Shown here one piece after another: positions 60,338 to 64,000 of a DNA stretch of 64,000 nt. The stretch comes from Bacilli bacterium. GTDB lineage: Bacteria > Bacillota_I > Bacilli_A > RFN20 > CAG-826. The position numbers and the translations under genes are program-made. The notes under the pieces were generated by a model that did no database searches, was not told where the DNA came from, and worked only from the letters and a program-made list of their open reading frames with translations. Location: the NCBI GenBank assembly GCA_045597865.1, contig JAZLKX010000025.1, positions 320,001 to 384,000 of the forward strand, written 5' to 3'. Position 1 is the first letter of the stretch. Every line of letters begins with the position of its first letter.

Positions 60338-61176
60338 AACTCGTTACCTTCTTTCTTTAATCCTTTTTTGTATAATTCAGGAAATGAATCTTTATTTATT
60401 AAAACGTCAAAAGATGATGTTGAAATCAAAAGAATTGCTAAAGCAATTAGTGGTATAACTAACATAGCAATTAATGACGCCACTAATAATAAAATTAAGA
60501 AATTTGGAATTGCAAAAACCAAATTCATAACTAATAAAATTAAACCCACTACTAAATATTGCCAAAAACGAGATACAACTAAAATAAGTGAGTTTTTGAT
60601 TGCGCTCTTAAGTTTTATTTCATACATTGAGCATTCAGAAACGATTGTTAAAACGATTGGAGTTAATAATAAGAACAAAAATCCAGTACAAATTGCAGAG
60701 AAAATAATTGGGACGATTCCTTCAAATCCAAAAATGTACTTACACGAAAAATCAATAATTAGATAAATTAATCCATAGACTGCAGCAATTATTGCAAATT
60801 GACCATAGTTCTTTTTAATTCCTTCAAAATAGTCATCTTTAAACAAGACACCTTCCCCGTAAATCATTTTCTTTAAAACATTACCCATGCCAGATAAATG
60901 CACTGCCACTACAAATAAAGTTAAATACAAACCTACATAGCCTAGAGAAATAATAAGAATTGGATTATCTCCCGCATTAGATGCAAAATAAAGCATTAAA
61001 AAATAAACGACAAAGAATGGTATTAAAAACACTAAAGTTAATAAACCTAACTTTGTTAGATTTCTCCATTCAATTTTAAATATATCAAAAAATTGCAAGA
61101 ATCTAGTTGCAGGTAAATCTTGAGCAGTAAATTCAGGTTTTTGAATTATTTTCCTTTTCTTTTTGTTTTTAGCCAC
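60334..61176 (-). CDS. YesL/DUF624-like membrane protein
   Basis: FFDIFK..W, DYFEGIKKNY and AIKNSL pattern; sugar ABC context; GTG start. Confidence 0.6.
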   Translation of the reverse strand: MAKNKKKRKIIQKPEFTAQDLPATRFLQFFDIFKIEWRNLTKLGLLTLVFLIPFFVVYFLMLYFASNAGDNPILIISLGYVGLYLTLFVVAVHLSGMGNVLKKMIYGEGVLFKDDYFEGIKKNYGQFAIIAAVYGLIYLIIDFSCKYIFGFEGIVPIIFSAICTGFLFLLLTPIVLTIVSECSMYEIKLKSAIKNSLILVVSRFWQYLVVGLILLVMNLVFAIPNFLILLLVASLIAMLVIPLIALAILLISTSSFDVLINKDSFPELYKKGLKKEGNEL

Positions 61177-61729
61177 GTTTAAATACCTCTAGCAAAGTTT
61201 TAATATAATTTGTTTTACCGTTAGTAATTTCATTTAAATGAACGTCTTCTTTTTTTAAAAAAGCAAAATAATCTTTTGAATCAAAATTAATATAATCAGC
61301 AAAATAAACATCATTGCATTTTAAGCCAAATTCATAATCATAGAACTTGAAATTGTCATCACTTGATAAATAACTTCCCTTTAAATCTTCATAAGGAAAT
61401 CTAGTGTGACTTTCAAAGAAAGTCTTTGGCATAATAACAATGTCTGAAGTTGCTCCTTCTGTATCATATAATGAAGTAATAATTGGTTCTGTTTCTAAAT
61501 ATGAAGAAACTTTAACTTCAAGTAAATCAGGTAATGTTTCTTCAATCTTGGTTTTAATTTTGTCCTTTTGAGCCTCGCCAATAATAAACATAGAGATTTT
61601 TTCAACATCTTTTGGTTTGTTTTTTAATGTGACAAAGAAAGTCACGAAAAGAGGACACAAAATTAAAATGCAAATATATGCAAAGAATTTTTTGGATAAG
61701 TGGCGTTTTAAAGAATATTTAGTTTGCAT
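61169..61729 (-). CDS. Membrane-anchored hypothetical protein
   Basis: One N-terminal TM then a soluble domain; overlaps both neighbours. Confidence 0.65.
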   Translation of the reverse strand: MQTKYSLKRHLSKKFFAYICILILCPLFVTFFVTLKNKPKDVEKISMFIIGEAQKDKIKTKIEETLPDLLEVKVSSYLETEPIITSLYDTEGATSDIVIMPKTFFESHTRFPYEDLKGSYLSSDDNFKFYDYEFGLKCNDVYFADYINFDSKDYFAFLKKEDVHLNEITNGKTNYIKTLLEVFKRG

Positions 61730-62198
61730 CTTTGTACCCCACTATATAATCAAATTTTATTATTAAAATTATTTCCTTATTAAGCGGCAAATTTGGTTCA
61801 AATATTTCACTTAATAAGAATCTTCTATTTTCATCTTTAACTAAACACAAAACTTCTCTAACTCTAGAACCATCAGGAAGTGTAATAACATTATCTTTTA
61901 TTTCATTAATTATTGCTTTATAAGTATTTTTAACGCTTCTTTTATATAAAATCTCATATTCATGTGCAATTTTCTTAAAATACCAGAACTTACTGAGCAT
62001 AAGAGCACTGGCAATAAAAAGAAGAGTAAATAAAATCGAGAATATTATCTTGTAGATTACCTGATTATGATAATTAGAAAGAACTAAAGCCAAAACAAAA
62101 GATAACCAAGCTAAAATTTGAAAAGAAATAAGAAAAATCAAATATTTCTTCTTTTGTTTTGTTAATTCGATTAATTCTTCTTGTCTGTATAAGTCCAT
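61719..62198 (-). CDS. Two-TM hypothetical protein
   Basis: Two hydrophobic helices followed by a small beta domain. Confidence 0.65.
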   Translation of the reverse strand: MDLYRQEELIELTKQKKKYLIFLISFQILAWLSFVLALVLSNYHNQVIYKIIFSILFTLLFIASALMLSKFWYFKKIAHEYEILYKRSVKNTYKAIINEIKDNVITLPDGSRVREVLCLVKDENRRFLLSEIFEPNLPLNKEIILIIKFDYIVGYKDAN

Positions 62199-62920
62199 AC
62201 ACTCTCCAAATAAGTTTGAATTGTTTTGTTCTTACTTTTAATGATTTTAGAACCTGGAACGAATGATTCTTTAATCTTTCCTTCTTCCATATAATAAATA
62301 TCATCACCTAAAAGCATAGCTTCTTCTATGTCGTGAGTTACAAAAATAACTGTTGCGTGTAATTCTTTAAATATTTTCTTAAATTCAGGAATTAGCTCTA
62401 AAGTTAATTTACGATCAAGATTTGAAAAAGGCTCATCAAGAAGATAAAGGATTGGACGTTTAATAATAGCTCTAGCGATGGCTACTCTTTGAGCTTGGCC
62501 TATCGAAATATGTCTAGGTTTTCTTGTTAGACAAGCTTCAATATGAAGCGTTTTTGCTACTTCATTAACTCTTTCTCTAATTTCTTTAGCATCTGAGCCT
62601 CCAGATCTAAGAGGATAAGCAATGTTATTAAAAACGGTCATATGTGGATAAAGACCAAGCGATTGAGATACATAACTAAGCCCTTTATCTGCAATTCCAT
62701 ATTCATTAACATTTATATCATCAAAAAGTAAATCACCATCATGTTCAATTAAACCAATGATTCCTCTAAGAATAGATGTTTTGCCACATCCAGATTCACC
62801 AATTAAAACGCTTATATGGCCATCTAAAAAAGTTGCATTAACCTTATCGACCGCAGTTGCAATTACTTTTTTACGCTTTTTGAATTCGACCGTGAAATTC
62901 TTTAATGTAATGTCAGCCAT
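62171..62920 (-). CDS. ABC transporter ATP-binding protein (MalK-like, short)
   Basis: GESGCGKT, LYPHMTV, ISIGQ signature variant, LLDEP, VTHD. Confidence 0.9.
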   Translation of the reverse strand: MADITLKNFTVEFKKRKKVIATAVDKVNATFLDGHISVLIGESGCGKTSILRGIIGLIEHDGDLLFDDINVNEYGIADKGLSYVSQSLGLYPHMTVFNNIAYPLRSGGSDAKEIRERVNEVAKTLHIEACLTRKPRHISIGQAQRVAIARAIIKRPILYLLDEPFSNLDRKLTLELIPEFKKIFKELHATVIFVTHDIEEAMLLGDDIYYMEEGKIKESFVPGSKIIKSKNKTIQTYLESVWTYTDKKN

Positions 62921-63022
62921 AAATAATATAAGCAAATTTTAGTTATAAACTAAATATTATGCTATATCAATTTTCTCATAAAAATGTCGGAAATTCAACC
63001 TTTTAATAAAATTAAATGACAT

Positions 63023-63049
63023 AAAAAAGGGGATCGAAATGACCCCCTA
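63023..63049 (-). terminator. Terminator after the surface protein gene
   Basis: AGGGG-TCATTTCGA-TCCCC stem followed by TTTTTT on the - strand. Confidence 0.7.
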
Positions 63050-63073
63050 TAAACTATTTTCTACAAAGTAGAA

Positions 63074-64000
63074 TTAGTCTTGTTTTTTCTTAGCGGCAAT
63101 TAATGCAGCGCCAGCGATTGCTAAGCCTGTAACAACAGCGCTTGCAGCAATAACTGAACCACCACAGCCTTTCTTTGGTTCTGGTTGTGGTTCGAGTTTT
63201 GGAATAACCAAACTTTCTGCTGTGCATGCCATCTTATTTGCATCAAAGAGTTGACCGCATTCTGAACAGACATAATGTGCTTTCATTCCTTCTTTTTCAG
63301 TTGTAGCTGCAACTTCTGGAATTAATTCGCCAAGTTTATGTCCTGTTGCTGGGATAACTTCAGTCTTTGTTTCACCACATTCACAAGTGAATGTCTTGAC
63401 ACCATTTTCGGTACATGTTGCTGGTTTAGTAACTTCACCTTCACCCCATTCATGTCCTAATGCTGGATCAACAACTGGTGTTCTTGAAAGTTCTTTACCG
63501 CAGATTGAACAGTAGACAACTTCATCATGTGAACCTGCTTCTGTGCATGTTGGATTAACAACGTGTTCTTTAACAGCTGCTGCAGGTGTATGTGCAACAT
63601 CTTCTTTTGCAAGTTTTCCAGCAGCAAGTTTCCAAGATGCATAAGCATCTGCATCTCCAATTAATATGTTGCCTGCTACATCTTCAAAGTATTTTTCGCA
63701 TGTTTCACAGAAGTAAGCGGCTTTGTAGCCATCTTCCTTACATGTTGCATCTTTACCTGCAACTGGCGACATATCGTGTCCTAATGCTGGATCTGTAACT
63801 GTGTTTCTTGAAAGTTCTTTTTGACAAACTGAACAGTAGACAACTTCATCATGTGAACCTGCTTCTGTACATGTTGGATTAACAACGTTTTCAATAACAG
63901 CTGTTGCAGGTGTGTGTGGAACATCTTCTTTTGCAAGTTTTCCATCACCAAGTCTCCAAATTTCAAGAGCTTCGAAGTCACCAATTAAATCTTCACAATT
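63074..64000 (-). CDS. Surface protein with His/Cys repeats and a GCGG-TM-KKK C-terminal signal (start beyond window)
   Basis: Frame is open from 64000 (NCEDLIGDFE...PALGHD-MSPV...). Five H..TC..G..CxxC-type modules. Ends PEPKKGCGGSVIAASAVVTGLAIAGAALIAAKKKQD. Confidence 0.85.
   Translation of the reverse strand, partial: NCEDLIGDFEALEIWRLGDGKLAKEDVPHTPATAVIENVVNPTCTEAGSHDEVVYCSVCQKELSRNTVTDPALGHDMSPVAGKDATCKEDGYKAAYFCETCEKYFEDVAGNILIGDADAYASWKLAAGKLAKEDVAHTPAAAVKEHVVNPTCTEAGSHDEVVYCSICGKELSRTPVVDPALGHEWGEGEVTKPATCTENGVKTFTCECGETKTEVIPATGHKLGELIPEVAATTEKEGMKAHYVCSECGQLFDANKMACTAESLVIPKLEPQPEPKKGCGGSVIAASAVVTGLAIAGAALIAAKKKQD
63453..63988. repeat. Intragenic direct repeat with 324-bp period
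   Basis: 63453-63620 is near-identical to 63777-63944 (e.g. GAACAGTAGACAACTTCATCATGTGAACCTGCTTCTGT), with weaker similarity continuing to 63988. Confidence 0.9.

Noticed and set aside
63074-63984. ORF track suggests a complete 232-aa gene plus a separate 67-aa ORF or a frameshift
   Set aside because: The 63074 frame stays open to 64000, so this is one gene truncated by the window edge. The 63457 and 63781 ORFs are off-frame shadows of the repeat.

Overview
AT-rich chromosome segment from a Bacilli-type Firmicute using the standard code. An uncultured gut/rumen lineage near Erysipelotrichales/Mollicutes is my inference from gene content and style. Almost all genes are on the - strand. The region 1-36 kb is mostly housekeeping: lepA-[pseudo-Fic]-hemW-hrcA-grpE-dnaK-dnaJ with three CIRCE operators, a nuclease-DinG helicase, fmt, rpsT, comEA-comEC-holA, T-box-valS, tig-lon-engB, a ZIP/MntR pair, yggS, pfkA and rex-adhE. 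The region 36-63 kb is a ~27 kb Gram-positive carbohydrate utilisation locus. It encodes an ABC importer, AraC, YesL, two paralogous unassigned clan GH-A hydrolases, a GH37, several esterases/deacetylases, rhaDBA, GalM, a NahK-like kinase, NagA and an atypical ROK protein. Embedded in it is a coupled pair of a divergent 'GCC-type' Lgt and a CPBP intramembrane protease. The window ends in a Cys/His-repeat surface protein with a C-terminal GCGG + TM helix + KKK tail. Best candidate novel system (inference): a Cys-dependent C-terminal sorting/lipid-anchoring pathway, analogous to MYXO-CTERM/myxosortase, in a Firmicute. Other signals are a recurring leaderless-promoter pattern, a 10-codon micro-ORF with its own expression signals, and a pseudo-Fic protein upstream of the dnaK cluster. 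No rRNA, tRNA, CRISPR array or transposase was seen.
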